DNA of 64,000 nt from an uncultured delta proteobacterium (GCA_963771175.1 CAVYSY010000024.1:96001-160000); one strand, 5' to 3'; shown: positions 49,799-62,507, numbered from the stretch's first letter. The notes: generated by a model not told the origin, from the sequence alone. Numbers and translations are program-made.

Positions 49799-50971
49799 TC
49801 AGTTAACTAGTTTTTCAATTTCTTCCGGGCTAAAGCCTGCCTCGGCGAGAATTTTGTGATTGTGCTGTCCAAGCGAGGGCGGCGGACGCAAAGGCGTTTC
49901 ACCCAGACGCAGGGGCGTGAGCAGGTGGGTCACCTTTCGCCCACGTTGGGTGTCTTCCGACTCCACGAAGAGGCCGCGCGCGCGGAGTTGTGGATCCTCC
50001 AATACCTCGTCACCTTCGAGCACCGGCTCCACGCACAGGTCCTTCCCCGCGAAGCGCTCCTTCCAATGCGCCAGCGGGTGCTCGGCGAAGAGGCGAGCGA
50101 ACTCCGCCTTCACCCGCGCGCCGGCCTCGCCCAGGTCGTACGCGTCCGCGAGCAGGTCTGGCCGTCCCAGCACCTCGCACACACCGGCGAGGAACTTGGG
50201 CTCCAGCGCGCCCACCGACAGGTAGCGGTCGTCCTGGGTGCGGTACAGGCCGTAGCAGGCGTAGCCACCGTTGAGCGCCTCGCGGCCGCGCCGCAGCGGC
50301 GGGCCCTGCTCGCCCATCACCAGCCGCGCCGCCAGGTGCATGTGGAGGAAGGCCATGGCGCCGTCCGTCATGGACACGTCCACGAAGCGGCCCTGCCCGG
50401 TGCGCTCGCGCTCGTGGAGCGCCGCGAGGATGCCCACCAGCGCGAAGAGGCTGCCGCCGCCGATGTCCCCGAGCTGCACGCCCGGGAAGGCCGGGGCGCC
50501 GCCCGCCTCGCCCCCGTAGGCCAGCACGCCCGCGCGCGCCGCGTAGTTGAGGTCGTGCCCGGCCTTGAGGCGGTCCGGCCCCGTCTGCCCGTAGCCGGAG
50601 ATGGCGCAGTAGATGAGCCGCGGGTTCTGCTCGTGCAGCACGGACCAGCCCACGCCCAGCTTGTCCATGACGCCGGGGCGGAAGCTCTCCACCAGCACGT
50701 CGTAGCCGCGCGCCAGCCGCTTGAGGGCCTCGCGTCCCTCGGGGGACTTGAGGTCCAACACCAGCGAGCGCTTGTTGCGGTTGAGCCCGTAGTAGAGCGC
50801 GCTCTCGTCGTCGCGAATCGGCGGCATCTGGCGGATGTAGTCGCCGCCGTGGGGGTCCTCGAGCTTGTCCACCGTGGCACCGAGATCGGCGAGCACCAGC
50901 GTGGCGTAGGGGCCTGGCAGCAGGCGCGACAAATCCAGGACCTTCAGTCCGGAGAGGGGGAGCGTGTTCAT
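49799..50971 (-). CDS. CaiB/BaiF family CoA-transferase / alpha-methylacyl-CoA racemase-like
   Basis: DLSRLLPGP, NRNKRS, FRPGVM, SGYGQTGP and GHDLNY motifs. Confidence 0.92.
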   Translation of the reverse strand: MNTLPLSGLKVLDLSRLLPGPYATLVLADLGATVDKLEDPHGGDYIRQMPPIRDDESALYYGLNRNKRSLVLDLKSPEGREALKRLARGYDVLVESFRPGVMDKLGVGWSVLHEQNPRLIYCAISGYGQTGPDRLKAGHDLNYAARAGVLAYGGEAGGAPAFPGVQLGDIGGGSLFALVGILAALHERERTGQGRFVDVSMTDGAMAFLHMHLAARLVMGEQGPPLRRGREALNGGYACYGLYRTQDDRYLSVGALEPKFLAGVCEVLGRPDLLADAYDLGEAGARVKAEFARLFAEHPLAHWKERFAGKDLCVEPVLEGDEVLEDPQLRARGLFVESEDTQRGRKVTHLLTPLRLGETPLRPPPSLGQHNHKILAEAGFSPEEIEKLVN

Positions 50972-51078
50972 GGCGGAGGGGGGGAGTCTCAGGGGGGAGG
51001 TAAAAGAAGCGGCGCGGCCCCGGAGAGGAGCACGCGCCGCCCGAGGAGCACGCGCCCGAGGGCGCGTCTCCGGTGAGT

Positions 51079-51409
51079 CTAGCCCAGCAGCTTCGCCAGC
51101 TTCATGGCGAGGCCCATGTCCATCGGCTTGAACTTCAGCTTGCCCTGCATGGCGGCCATCTGCGCGTTGAGCTGCTTGGCGCGGATCTTCACGAAGTCTG
51201 TCGTCGCTGACGGTGATGGTCATCTTCGGGGTGCCCTCGGCGCCCTTGGAGACCCAGTTCTCCGTCTTGGTGCAGTCCAGCGTCCAGGTGCCGCCGTTGT
51301 CGCCGGTGATGTTGAAGTGGATGACCGAGTTGATGTCCTTGGCCAGCTCCGGCTTCTGCTGCAGCGTCGCCGGGATGTCCTTCTCGAGGATCTCCTGGGA
51401 ATTCGCCAT
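51079..51409 (-). CDS. SCP2 sterol/lipid-binding domain protein (frameshift ~51200)
   Basis: FNITGDNGGTW at the N-terminus; QMAAMQGKLK...MGLAMKL follows in the shifted frame. Confidence 0.82.
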
Positions 51410-51499
51410 GGCACTCTCCGTTTGATGGATTGACTGGTGAATCAACAGTCGGATGGGACCGTAGTGACGAGGGCTGGGCAGGTCAAGCGCGCGGAAGCA

Positions 51500-51948
51500 T
51501 CACCGCCCGGTAGTGGCCGCCCCCTGGCTCAACGCGCGCCGGACCATGTCCAGCAGATCGTTCAGCTCGAAGGGCTTGGCCAGGTGCCCCACCGCGCCGA
51601 TGTCCGTGGCCTTGCTGCCCACGTTGCGGTCCGCGCTCAGCACGATGAGCGGGATGCCCGCCACCGAGGGCCGCTGCCGCATCCGCTGGGCGAACTCCCA
51701 GCCGTCCATCACCGGCATCATCAGATCCAACAGGATGAGCTGGGGGGATCCGGCTCGAGGCGATCCAACGCCTCCTTCCCGTTGCGTGCGCGTCGGATCT
51801 CGAAGCCCTCGGCCTCGAGAATCTCGGAGAGGGCCTCGAGGATGTCGGGGTCGTCATCGACCACCAGCACCACGTGTGAACCCGAATCCTTGAAATTGGA
51901 TGAAGACAGATCTTTCTCCTGGGGTTGCGCACCCCCATTTTCACCCAA
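51500..51948 (-). CDS. Single-domain response regulator (frameshift ~51745)
   Basis: VVDDD, DLMMPVMDG, LSA and KPF motifs. Confidence 0.85.
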
Positions 51949-51994
51949 GGGAGGGCAGATGTGCGGAAGAAATCAACCAGCTCGTGGGGCAGCG

Positions 51995-52010
51995 CGGCAG
52001 GCTCGTTGCA
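51995..52010 (+). promoter_or_regulatory. Putative sigma54 (-24/-12) promoter
   Basis: CGGCAGG-CTCG-TTGCA with exact GG-to-GC spacing, 35 nt before the ATG at 52046. Confidence 0.45.
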
Positions 52011-52045
52011 AAATCGACAGCGCCTCCCCACCGTTCTCCTAACCC

Positions 52046-53068
52046 ATGGACGAGGAGACAGCAGGCGTGAGGGACGAGGGTCTGCGAGGACTGGGGGCGA
52101 GCTGGGAGGCACCCGGACTGGCCATGCTCTCGCGCCGGGGCCACCTGAGCGAGCTGGATGGTCGGTTGCATGCCCACCTGGGGGTGGAGCAACTGCCGGA
52201 GCGCGTGGGCTCGGTGGAGGAGCTGCTGCTGGCGGCGGGCTTCCAGCGGAGGCCGGGTGCGGACGTGTGGGAGCGCGAGGGACGGCTGCTCCGGGCCGGC
52301 GAGAGCCCCCTGGAGGACGGCGCGCGGCTGCTGTGGACCGTCCCCCTCGAGGGGGACGAGGAGAGCGCCCGCCGCCGGGTCCGCTATCTGGGGATGGCGT
52401 CTCATGACTTGCGAGGCTCCCTGGCCAACGTGCGCTCCTACGCGGCCCTGCTGCTCAATGGCCGCATCCCGCTCGAACCGAAGGTGAAGCGGGGATTGGA
52501 GACCATCCTTCGGAACACGGACAAGGCCCTCGCCTTTGCCCAGGACTTCTTCGATTCGAGCCGGGCCGACCTCGGCCTGCTGGCCTGCGAAAAGGAGCGG
52601 CAGCCGCTCGAGCCCCTGCTGGCCAACGCGGTGGAGCACCTGCTCGAGGCGGCGGGCACGGCGAGCGTGGCGCTGAGCCTGGAGCTCCCGAGCGGACCCC
52701 TGCCCGAGGTGGACGTGGATGGAGGCCGCGTGCAGCACGCCGTGGAGGCCTTCATCCGCCACCACCTGCTGTACGCCCAGCCGGGGGAGCAGCTCCGGGT
52801 GCGGGCCCGAGCGGACGACGGTGGGGTCCGGGTGGAGGTGCGGCGCGACGGCGTGCCCCCGTCCGAGGGGGATACCGCGCTCACCTTCGCGCGCGAGGAG
52901 CGTGCCTTCCGGGAAAAGAAGCTGGAGGATCCGCTGCGCCTGTACCTCGCCCTGCAGGAGGTGGAGGCCCTCGGCGGAACCGTCGGGGTCACAACGGACG
53001 CGGGCGGAATGACCCTCTACCTTACAGTGCCCATCGCGCTCGCTACCTCGGCGGGCATGCAGCATTGA
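52046..53068 (+). CDS. Cytoplasmic histidine kinase with degenerate ATPase domain
   Basis: H-box ASHDLRGSL is present; the N and G boxes are poorly conserved. Confidence 0.75.
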   Translation: MDEETAGVRDEGLRGLGASWEAPGLAMLSRRGHLSELDGRLHAHLGVEQLPERVGSVEELLLAAGFQRRPGADVWEREGRLLRAGESPLEDGARLLWTVPLEGDEESARRRVRYLGMASHDLRGSLANVRSYAALLLNGRIPLEPKVKRGLETILRNTDKALAFAQDFFDSSRADLGLLACEKERQPLEPLLANAVEHLLEAAGTASVALSLELPSGPLPEVDVDGGRVQHAVEAFIRHHLLYAQPGEQLRVRARADDGGVRVEVRRDGVPPSEGDTALTFAREERAFREKKLEDPLRLYLALQEVEALGGTVGVTTDAGGMTLYLTVPIALATSAGMQH

Positions 53069-53142
53069 CCCTCCCTGTCGTCGTGCTGGCGACCCGAGCC
53101 CTCCGGGGCTATTCTGCGCACGCCTTTGCAAAGGAGTGCGCG

Positions 53143-53373
53143 ATGGGTCTGAAGATGTCCGAGATTCTGCTGATCATGGGGGTGCTGCTCCTCCTGTTTG
53201 GAAGCACGCGCCTGCCGCAGCTCGGCTCCGCGCTGGGCAGCGCCATCCGCAACTTCAAGCGCGGCTTCGGCGGTGAGGAGACTCCCGCCACCGACAAGAA
53301 GCAGCCGGAGACGCTGGCCAGCAGCACCACGGTGGAGAAGGACGTCAACGCCCGCAGCAGCCATCACAGCTGA
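53143..53373 (+). CDS. tatA: Twin-arginine translocase TatA
   Basis: TM helix, FG, RLPQLG..LG..IRNFK. AAGGAG RBS. Confidence 0.9.
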   Translation: MGLKMSEILLIMGVLLLLFGSTRLPQLGSALGSAIRNFKRGFGGEETPATDKKQPETLASSTTVEKDVNARSSHHS

Positions 53374-53480
53374 AGCGCCCCGCTGGCGGTCCCTGCGCAC
53401 CACGCCCGATCGGCCTTCCCCCAGGGGAGAGGCGGACCGGGCGTTGTCGCGTTTGAAGCAGCCGGCCGGCCGAGGGCTCC

Positions 53481-55335
53481 TCAGTCCGAGCGGCCTCCCT
53501 CATAGAGGCCGTCCAGCACCTGCTTGTACTTCTGGCTGACGAGCTTGCGCTTCACCTTGAGGCTCGGTGTCAGCTCGCCGGACTCCTGGCTGAAGTCCGA
53601 GTTCATCACCGCGAAGCGCTTGAGGGTGCTGTAGGAGGGCAGCTCCGCGTTCACCTTGTCGATGACCTCCTGCACCGCGGCCCGGATCTCCGGCCGCCGG
53701 CAGAGCTCGGCGTAGGTGCCGGGCGTCACGCCCTTCTCCGTCAGCAGCTTGCGGGCCGACTCCTCGGCCACGGTGATGAGCGCCACCAGGTACTGGCGCT
53801 GGTCGCCGTGGACCACGGCCTGGCTGATGAGCGGGAACGTCTTCAGCGCGCCCTCGATGTTCTGCGGCGCGACGTTCTTGCCGCCGGCGGTGACGATGAT
53901 GTCCTTCTTGCGGTCGGTGATGCGGACGTAGCCGTCCACGTCCATCTCGCCGATGTCACCGCTGTGGTACCAGCCATCCGCCTCGAGCTCCGCCGCCGTG
54001 GCCGCCTCGTTCTTGTAGTAGCCCTTCATCACCCCCGGGCCGCGGATGAGGACCTCCCCGTCGGGGGCGATCTTCACCTCGGAGCCCGGCAGCGGCGGGC
54101 CCACGGTGCCGATCTTGATCTTCTCCGGCAGGTTGACGCAGGTGGCGGCCGACGTCTCGGTGAGGCCGTAGCCCTCCAGCACCTTGTAGCCGAGCAGGTC
54201 GAAGAACCAGGCGATCTTCCGGGACAGGGGCGCGCCGCCGGAGACGAACAGGCGCATGTTGCCGCCCAGCTTCTCGTCGAGCGCCGCGCGCACCTTGCTG
54301 AACACCAGCTTGCGCGCCAGGGAGAGGCCCAGCATGGGGGGCTCGCGGCCCTGGTTCTTCGCCTCCACGTACTCGTCGAAGAGCGAGAAGGCCCAGCGGA
54401 ACAGCCGGCCCTTCACCCCGGGCGCGGTGGAGCCGTTGGCCACCACCCCGTTGTAGACCTTCTCGAAGACGCGCGGCACCGCCGGGAGGATGGTGGGGTG
54501 CGTCTCCATGAGGTTGCCCATCAGCTTGTCCACCGACTCGGCGAACACCATCCGGAAGCCCATGGAGAGCCACGCGGCCTTCACCACCTGCCCGAAAGAG
54601 TGCGCCAGGGGCAGGAACATCATCACCGAGTCGCTGGGCGTCATCACCCCGATGTTCTTCACCCCGTTGGCCTCGTAGGCCCAGTTGCCGTGGGTGAGGA
54701 GCACGCCCTTGGGGTCCCCCGTGGTGCCGGAGGTGTAGATGATGCAGCAGGTGTCATCCGCCTTCACGGCCCCCACCCGCTCCTCGAAGTCACCGGGACG
54801 GGCCTCGTGGGCCTCGCGCCCCCGGGCCAGCAGGTCCGCGAGCGTCAGCTCCGCGTCGCCGCTGGCCGTGCCCTCGAAGAGCACCACCCCGCGCACGCTG
54901 GGGCACTCGGCGAGCTTCTGCCGCAGGCGGGTGATGCGCCCCGTCTGCTTCGCCGTCTTCTCGTCATGGTCCACGAAGACGAGCGACGCCTCGGAGTGGT
55001 CGAGGATGTAACGGACCTCGTCCGGAGTGTTGGAGGCGTAGATGGGGACGGTGATGGCCTGCGCCGCGGAGATGGCCAGGTCGCACACCACCCACTGGAG
55101 ACTGGTATCAGCGAAGATGGCCACCCGCTCTCCGGGCTTCACGCCCTGGGCGACGAGGCCGGCGGACAGCGCCTTCACGTCCTCGAGGATGCGCGCCCCA
55201 GGTGACGTCCTCCCAGCGACCGCCTGTCTTCCAGCTCGCCGCGACCTTCGTGGGAGATTGCGCCCGTTGAAGCAACAACTCGACGAGATTGCGCGCCTGG
55301 GCGCTGGGAGTGGCGAGCTGGGTTTCCGCCCTCAT
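53481..55335 (-). CDS. Long-chain fatty acid--CoA ligase (frameshift ~55195)
   Basis: YTSGTTGDPKG, EGYGLTE, SGDIG, DRKKD and TPSLKVKR motifs. Confidence 0.92.
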
Positions 55336-56076
55336 TTGAGCTCCTCCTCGATGGCGGCCTGGACCTTCTTCGCCCACCCCTGGACGCGCTGGCCCTCGGC
55401 CGGGTCATACCCCACGCTCCCCTGGGGCACCTTGAGGATGGCCTCGTGCGCCTTCTTCTCCTCGCCCTCCGCGAGCTGCGTCTCGGCCAGGTACAACGCA
55501 GGCCCTCTGCTGCTCGGGGTGCTTGGCGATGACCTTCTGGAAGAACGAGGCGGACTTCTTCAGGTCCCTCTTGGGCCAGGGTAGCTCATAGTAGTAACGC
55601 CCCTTGGCCAGCAAAGGTCCCCCGCGCTCATACATCGGGTCGATCTTCAGCGCGGCGTCCAGGCGCTCGTTGTATTTGCCCTCCAGCCCCTGGCCGAGCG
55701 CCGTGAGGATGCCCACCGCCTGCGAGTAGGCGCCGACGCCCAGGGCCGCGAAATACTGACCCTCGACGCGCTCCGGCGCGAGCTTCCGGGCCTTGTCCCC
55801 GAGCTCCCACGTCTGCTTGCCCAGGTTCTTCTTCACCTTGGGGTCCGAGGCGTTCCCCTCCGCCTGCCAATTCCGGAGGCGAGCCGCGCGCCACAGCACC
55901 TCGAAGTCCTCGGGCGAGGCCTTCAGCGCCTGGGTCAGGGCCTCGTCGAGCTGCTTCACCGCGGCGGCCTCACCCCGACGGGCGTACAGCGCGTCCCACG
56001 ACGACAGCTCCTCAGGGGTGGCGGCCAGGGCCGGCAACGTCACCAGAACCAGAACAGCAAGCAAAATCGAGCGCAT
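55332..56076 (-). CDS. Secreted TPR-like protein (frameshift ~55500)
   Basis: Signal peptide and helical repeats (GRYYYELPWP). ATGA overlap with the ligase after frame correction. Confidence 0.75.
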
Positions 56077-56207
56077 AAGCGGGTGTTAGCATGCGCTTTC
56101 GCTCACCAGCAATACGAGCAACCAGACGACAGAGGCGGTACCCGTGGTGCGTGAAACACCTCAGGTACCGCCCCGTTTGGTAGCGGACATGGACCCTGTC
56201 CTCGCGG

Positions 56208-56962
56208 TCAGGCCGCGTCCACCGCCGACTCAGGAGAGGGCTGCTCCTCGTCCTGGTTGAAGGCCTCGAGGTAGCGCTGCGAGGAAGTGCTTCGTCTTCA
56301 GCTCCACCTGGCGCACGCGCTCGCGCGACACGCCCCAGCGCTGGCCCAGCTCCTCCAGCGTGCGCGGCTTGTCCTGCGTGAGCCGCTCCTGGAGGATGTC
56401 CCAGCCCAGGTCGCCAATGCGCTTGCGCACCTTGGCGAGCGCCTCCTGGACCTCCGTCGTTCTGCTCGCGCGACCAGGAAGATGTCCTGCGGCGAGGGGC
56501 CGCCGTCCTCGAGCCGGTCGAGGAAGGTGGTCTCGCCGTCCTCGTCGATGGTCGCGTCCAGCGAGAAGTCCGTCATGCTGCCGCGCTCGGCCTCGCCGCC
56601 GCGCACCTGGCTGCGGTTGTCCTTGAGGTAGCGGGTGATGTAGGCGCGGATCCACCACACCGCGTAGGTGGCGAAGCGCACGTTCTTCTTCGGATCGAAG
56701 TGCTCGATGGCCTTCATCAGGCCGACGTTGCCCTCCTGGATGAGGTCGTCCAGGCGGGCGCCGCGGTTGGCGAACTTCTTCGCCACCGCCACCACGAAGG
56801 CCAGGTTGGACTGCGCGAGCATCTGTCGCGCGGACTCGTCGCCCTTGCGGGCGCGCCGGGCCAGCTCGTACTCCTGCTCGCGCGTCAGCTGCGGGTGGCC
56901 CCCGAGGTGACGCAGGTAGTGCGACAGACCCTCTGCCGCGTACTTCTCGTCGTGTTCGCCAT
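56208..56962 (-). CDS. sigD: Sigma-70 family RNA polymerase sigma factor, myxobacterial SigD-like (several frameshifts)
   Basis: DLIQEGNVGL, FATYAVWWIR and TLEELG..GVSRERVRQVE. Sequence and tatA/ligase neighbourhood resemble M. xanthus sigD (from recall, not searched). Confidence 0.75.
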
Positions 56963-57165
56963 GTTTCGCGTCCTCCGTTCCCTGTCGTAGCGGACGCGCT
57001 CGCCCCCAGGTCCGCGTCCACATCCTCTAGGACGCTCAACGGGCGAATGGGTTTCTCATTCCGTTCCAGGGTATTTCGCCCGCTTACCCTGCACAAGCAG
57101 GTCAGGCCACGGCCGGTCGTCACGATGGCGTCACGGCCCCGGGGGCATCGCGCATCCGCGTACGA

Positions 57166-58592
57166 CTAAGAACGCTCGGGCGCGGGAAAGATTTTCCTCG
57201 GATTGAGCAGATCCTGAAGGATCGAAGAAGCCCTTCAGCCGGCGCTGCAGCTCGAGGACGGCTCGGGCTGCTCCAGCGCGAGGTAGTCGCGCTTGGCGTG
57301 GCCCACGCCGTGCTCGCCGGTGATGGTGCCGCCCATCTAGACGGTGAGCTCCAGCATGCGCTGGATGGCCGTCTCCACCAGGGCGCGCTGGTGCGGGCCC
57401 TCGTAGAGGATGTTGGCGTGCAGGTTGCCGTCGCCGGCGTGGCCATACGTGGCCACGGGCAGGCCCAGCTCCTCGCCCATGGCCTTGAGCGCCTCGATGA
57501 TGTCGGGAATGCGCGAGCGGGGTACCACGATGTCCTCGGAAATCTTGTGGGGCCGGAGGGTGCGCAGGGCGCGGGAGACGACGCGGCGGGCGGCCCAGAG
57601 CTTCTCGCGCTGGGACTCGTCCTGGGCCACGAGCACCTCCTTGGCGCCGTGCTGCTCGCAGATCTCCCCGAGCTGGGCGAGCTCCGCGAACAGGCCCTCC
57701 TCCATGTTGCCGTCCACCTCGGCGATGACGGCCGACGCCGGCGCCCGGCGGGAAGTGGAAGCCGCGACCGTCCACCGCGCGCAGGGCCACGTCGTCGATG
57801 AGCTCCAGCGTGCGCGGGAGGATGCCGGCGGCGAGCACGGCGGACACGGCGCGCGCGGCGGTCGAGCACCGAGTCGAAGACGACCAGGGCCGTCTTCACG
57901 TGCCGCGGCAGGGGGATGAGCTGGAGGGTGATCTCCGTGGCCACGCCCAGCGTGCCCTCGGAGCCCACGAAGAGGCCCACCAGGTCGTAGCCGGCCACGC
58001 CCTTGATGGTGCGGCGGCCCACGCGGAGCACCTCGCCGTCGGGCAGCACCCACTCCAGGCCGATGACGTAGTCGCGGGTGACGCCGTACTTGAGCGCGCG
58101 CGGGCCGCCGGCGTTCTCCGCCACGTTGCCGCCCAGCGTGCAGAACTCCCAGGAGTTGGGGTCCGGCGGATAGAAGAGGCCCTGCGCCTCCACGGCCTTC
58201 ATCAGGTCGCCGGTGACGACCCCCGGCTCCACCACGGCGGTGAGGTCCTCCGCCGGAGACGGAGAGGATGCGGTTCATCCGCTCCAGGCTCACCGACACG
58301 CCGCCCATGCAGGGGCAGCGAGCCGCCGCTCTTGCCGCTGCGCGCCCCACAGGGGTGAAGGGCACGCCGAGCGCCTGGCACGTCCGGAAGACGGCGCGAC
58401 ACCTGCTCGGCGCTCTCGGGGAACACCACGAGGTCCGGCGGGTAGACGCCGGTGTCCGACTCGTCCTTGGAGTAGTTCCGCGCAGGGTGGCCTCGTCGCG
58501 GCGCACCTGGCCGGGCGAGAGCACCTCCACCAGCGCCGTGCAGGCGCGCTCCAGGAGCGGCGGGCGTCGACGCGGGGAAACTGCGCGCTCAT
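57166..58592 (-). CDS. FAD-linked oxidase, GlcD/D-lactate dehydrogenase family (many frameshifts)
   Basis: YPPDP, TLGGNVAENAGG, KYGVT, GSEGTLG, GHAGDGNLH and GEHG motifs. Confidence 0.85.
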
Positions 58593-59186
58593 CGCTTCGT
58601 GGCCCCCAGCCGCGCCCACAGCTCGCGGCGCAGGGCCCCGTCGCGGCGCAGCCGGCCCTCGTAGGCCTCCGCGTGGGTGCGGGCGTCGCGCTGGCGGTCT
58701 CCCCGGATGCGCAGGCACGCCTGCTCCGCCTCGATGATGCAGGCGGTGGCGGGGCTGCCCAGCACGCGCGCGAGCGACGCGGCCACCTCGCGCGCCAGGT
58801 CCTCCTGGAGGATGAGCCGGTGCGCGAAGCAGTCCACCAGCGCGGACAGCCGGCCGAAGCCCACCACCCGCTTCGCCGGCACGTAGGCCACGTGCGCCCG
58901 GCCCTCGAAGGGCAGCAGGTGGTGCGGGCACATGGAGTGGAAGCGCAGGTCCGTCACCACCACCATCTCACCGGACGAGCTCGGCGGCGCCGGGAAGGTC
59001 TCGCCCAGCGCCTCCTCGGGCGTCCGGGCGTAGCCGTCGAGGAACTCGCTCCGCCCAGGCCTCGGCCACGCGCTCGGGCGTGTCCGCGAGGTTGGGGTCG
59101 TTCTTCAGCGGCAGGCCCGCCGCGCGCAGGAAGTCCTGGATGGCGGCGGCCATGGCCACGCGATCCGGCTTTCGGGGGTTTCGCAC
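58589..59186 (-). CDS. folE: GTP cyclohydrolase I (frameshifts)
   Basis: DTPERVA, SMCPHHLLPF, RLILQE and C..IRG motifs. Confidence 0.88.
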
Positions 59187-59233
59187 GGACGGAGCTCCTT
59201 GAGTCCTCTGATGCGTGATGCTTCCTCGATGCT

Positions 59234-59575
59234 TCAGGGGGCGCGCAACCTACCCGAAGCCGCCACCTGAATCTCGTCCCCGATGACACGCACCTCGTAG
59301 ATGCGCACCCGCGCGCCGGGATTCGTCGGACTGTCGCCCGTGCGGACGTCGAAGGCCCAGGCATGCAGGGGACAGTGGAGGAGGCACCCGTCCTGGTCCC
59401 CCTCCGACAGCGGCCCGCCCCGGTGGGGACAGGCCTGCTGGAGGGCATGCAGCCGACCCTCTACCCGGACCAGCGCCACCCGCTCCCCTCCCACCTGCAT
59501 CACCGCCCGCCCCCGCTCGTCGAGGTCCGCGAGGCGCGCCACGGGAATGAAGTGCTCGTCCGCCTGTCCGTTCAT
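59234..59575 (-). CDS. Rieske [2Fe-2S] ferredoxin
   Basis: CPHRG...CPLHAWAFD. Confidence 0.9.
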   Translation of the reverse strand: MNGQADEHFIPVARLADLDERGRAVMQVGGERVALVRVEGRLHALQQACPHRGGPLSEGDQDGCLLHCPLHAWAFDVRTGDSPTNPGARVRIYEVRVIGDEIQVAASGRLRAP

Positions 59576-59651
59576 AGGCTCGTTCCTCAACGCACCGAGG
59601 TGGCCATCCCGTCCCCACATGAATGCGGCGCGAGGCCCATGCGTCGCTCCC

Positions 59652-59691
59652 TTGACACCTCTGGAGGGGACCAGTAGAGCAACACAGTTAC
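59652..59691 (+). promoter_or_regulatory. Putative sigma70 promoter with an overlapping Zur/Fur-like palindrome
   Basis: TTGACA-17nt-TAGAGC. GCAAC-ACA-GTTAC lies at 59679-59691, upstream of the Zn-uptake genes. Confidence 0.45.
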
Positions 59692-59708
59692 CGTCATCAT
59701 CCTGCCTG

Positions 59709-60131
59709 ATGCGACCTCGAGCCCATATCGCCGCCGCTGGACGCCTCGCCGCCACGTTGCTGGTGGTGATGTGGGTTGCCCAGCCGCTGCTCGGCATCGC
59801 GCACACGCAGGAGCATGTCCACCGCTATTGCCCGACGCACCGGACCTTCGAAGAGGCCTCGGCGGGTGGGTCCACGGCGCGTGTCGCGCAGGTCCGGGAC
59901 TCGGGGGCCATCGAGAAGCTGCCGCCGGCCCCCGTCGGGCCGCTGCACCATGAGGAGTGTGCTTTCTTCTCGGCCAGCACCCGGGATGAGCTGGTCGGCC
60001 GCGCCGACGTGCGGCCCGTCGTCCAGGCCTGCCTCGAGGTGAGCCGTCCGGCCACCGCGCCGCCCCGGGCCCTGCACTCCCTCTCCGCCCTCGACACCGC
60101 CCCCAAGGCCTCGCCTCCGGCGCACACCTAG
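59709..60131 (+). CDS. Small exported His/Cys-rich protein (DUF2946-like)
   Basis: TM/signal segment, HTQEHVHRYCPTH, HHEEC and C-terminal APKASPP. Confidence 0.7.
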   Translation: MRPRAHIAAAGRLAATLLVVMWVAQPLLGIAHTQEHVHRYCPTHRTFEEASAGGSTARVAQVRDSGAIEKLPPAPVGPLHHEECAFFSASTRDELVGRADVRPVVQACLEVSRPATAPPRALHSLSALDTAPKASPPAHT

Positions 60132-60203
60132 CGCCGTCGAAGCGAAGTCGTGGTGCGACGTCCGCCCTCGCGGGGCGTCTGTGGTTTCGAGGAGCCTCTA
60201 CCT

Positions 60204-61557
<1,354 letters not shown>

Positions 61558-61583
61558 AAACCCTTTCGCTCCAGGAGTCCTCC

Positions 61584-62504
61584 ATGAGCCCCTCTCGATT
61601 CCTCGCGGCCCTGAGCGCCGCCCTCCTCTGCCTCCTCGCCCTGCCCGCTCGCGCCGACCTGCGGGTGGTGGCCAGCACGCCGGACCTCGCCGCGGTCGCC
61701 AAGGCCGTGGGCGGCGACAAGGTGCAGATCATCTCGCTGGCGCTGCCCACGCAGGATCCGCACTTCGTGGACGCCAAGCCCAACCTGGCGCTCGAGCTCA
61801 ACCGCGCGGACCTGCTGCTCGCCATCGGCCTGCAACTGGAGATCGGCTGGCTGCCCACGCTCCAGAATGGCGCGCGCAACCCGCGCATCATCGCCGGCGG
61901 CCCGGGCTACCTCGAGGTGTCCCAGTTCATCCGCCCGCTGGAAGTGCCCACCAACACGGATCGCAGCCAGGGTGACGTGCACCCGGGCGGCAACCCGCAC
62001 TTCCTCTACGACCCGAGGGCCATGCTGCTGGTGGCCCGGGGCATCGCCGACCGCATGGCCTCGCTGGACGCGAAGAACGCGGACGTCTACCGGGCCAACC
62101 TGGCGAAGTTCACCGCCGACGTGGAGAAGGCGCGCGCCGGCTGGGAGCAGCGCCTCGCGGGACTGAAGGGCGTGCCCGTGGTGGCCTACCACCGGACGAC
62201 CGCGTACCTGGCGGACTGGCTGGGCTTCGAACCCATCGCCTTCCTCGAGCCCAAGCCCGGCATCCCGCCCAACCCCGCCCACGTGGCCCAGGTGCTGCGG
62301 ATGGGGCGCCAGCGCAAGGCGAGGATGGTGCTGCAGGAGGACTACTACCCGAACACCACCGCCCGGCTGGTGGCGAGCAAGATTCCCGCTCCCCTCGTCG
62401 TCATGCCCGCGGGCACCGACGTGCGCGGCGGGCAGACGTACATCCAGCGCATGGAAGAGCTGGTGAAGCGTCTGGAGAACGGCCTGAAGGGCCAGGGGAC
62501 CTGA
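61584..62504 (+). CDS. znuA: Metal (Zn/Mn) ABC transporter substrate-binding protein
   Basis: DPHFV, GDVHPGGNPH, YH and EPKPGIPP motifs. Confidence 0.85.
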   Translation: MSPSRFLAALSAALLCLLALPARADLRVVASTPDLAAVAKAVGGDKVQIISLALPTQDPHFVDAKPNLALELNRADLLLAIGLQLEIGWLPTLQNGARNPRIIAGGPGYLEVSQFIRPLEVPTNTDRSQGDVHPGGNPHFLYDPRAMLLVARGIADRMASLDAKNADVYRANLAKFTADVEKARAGWEQRLAGLKGVPVVAYHRTTAYLADWLGFEPIAFLEPKPGIPPNPAHVAQVLRMGRQRKARMVLQEDYYPNTTARLVASKIPAPLVVMPAGTDVRGGQTYIQRMEELVKRLENGLKGQGT

Positions 62505-62507
62505 GCC

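Noticed and set aside
51025..51056. 14-bp direct repeat GAGGAGCACGCGCC x2 between SCP2 and caiB
   Set aside because: Only two GC-rich copies with no other support for function.
49799..51445. SCP2-CaiB fusion protein (548 aa)
   Set aside because: Produced by a frameshift in SCP2. The corrected SCP2 stops at 51079 and CaiB has its own ATG at 50971.
57337..57339. In-frame TAG in the glcD-like gene (possible recoding)
   Set aside because: It lies in the most error-dense region and no pyrrolysine machinery is evident; likely a base-call error.
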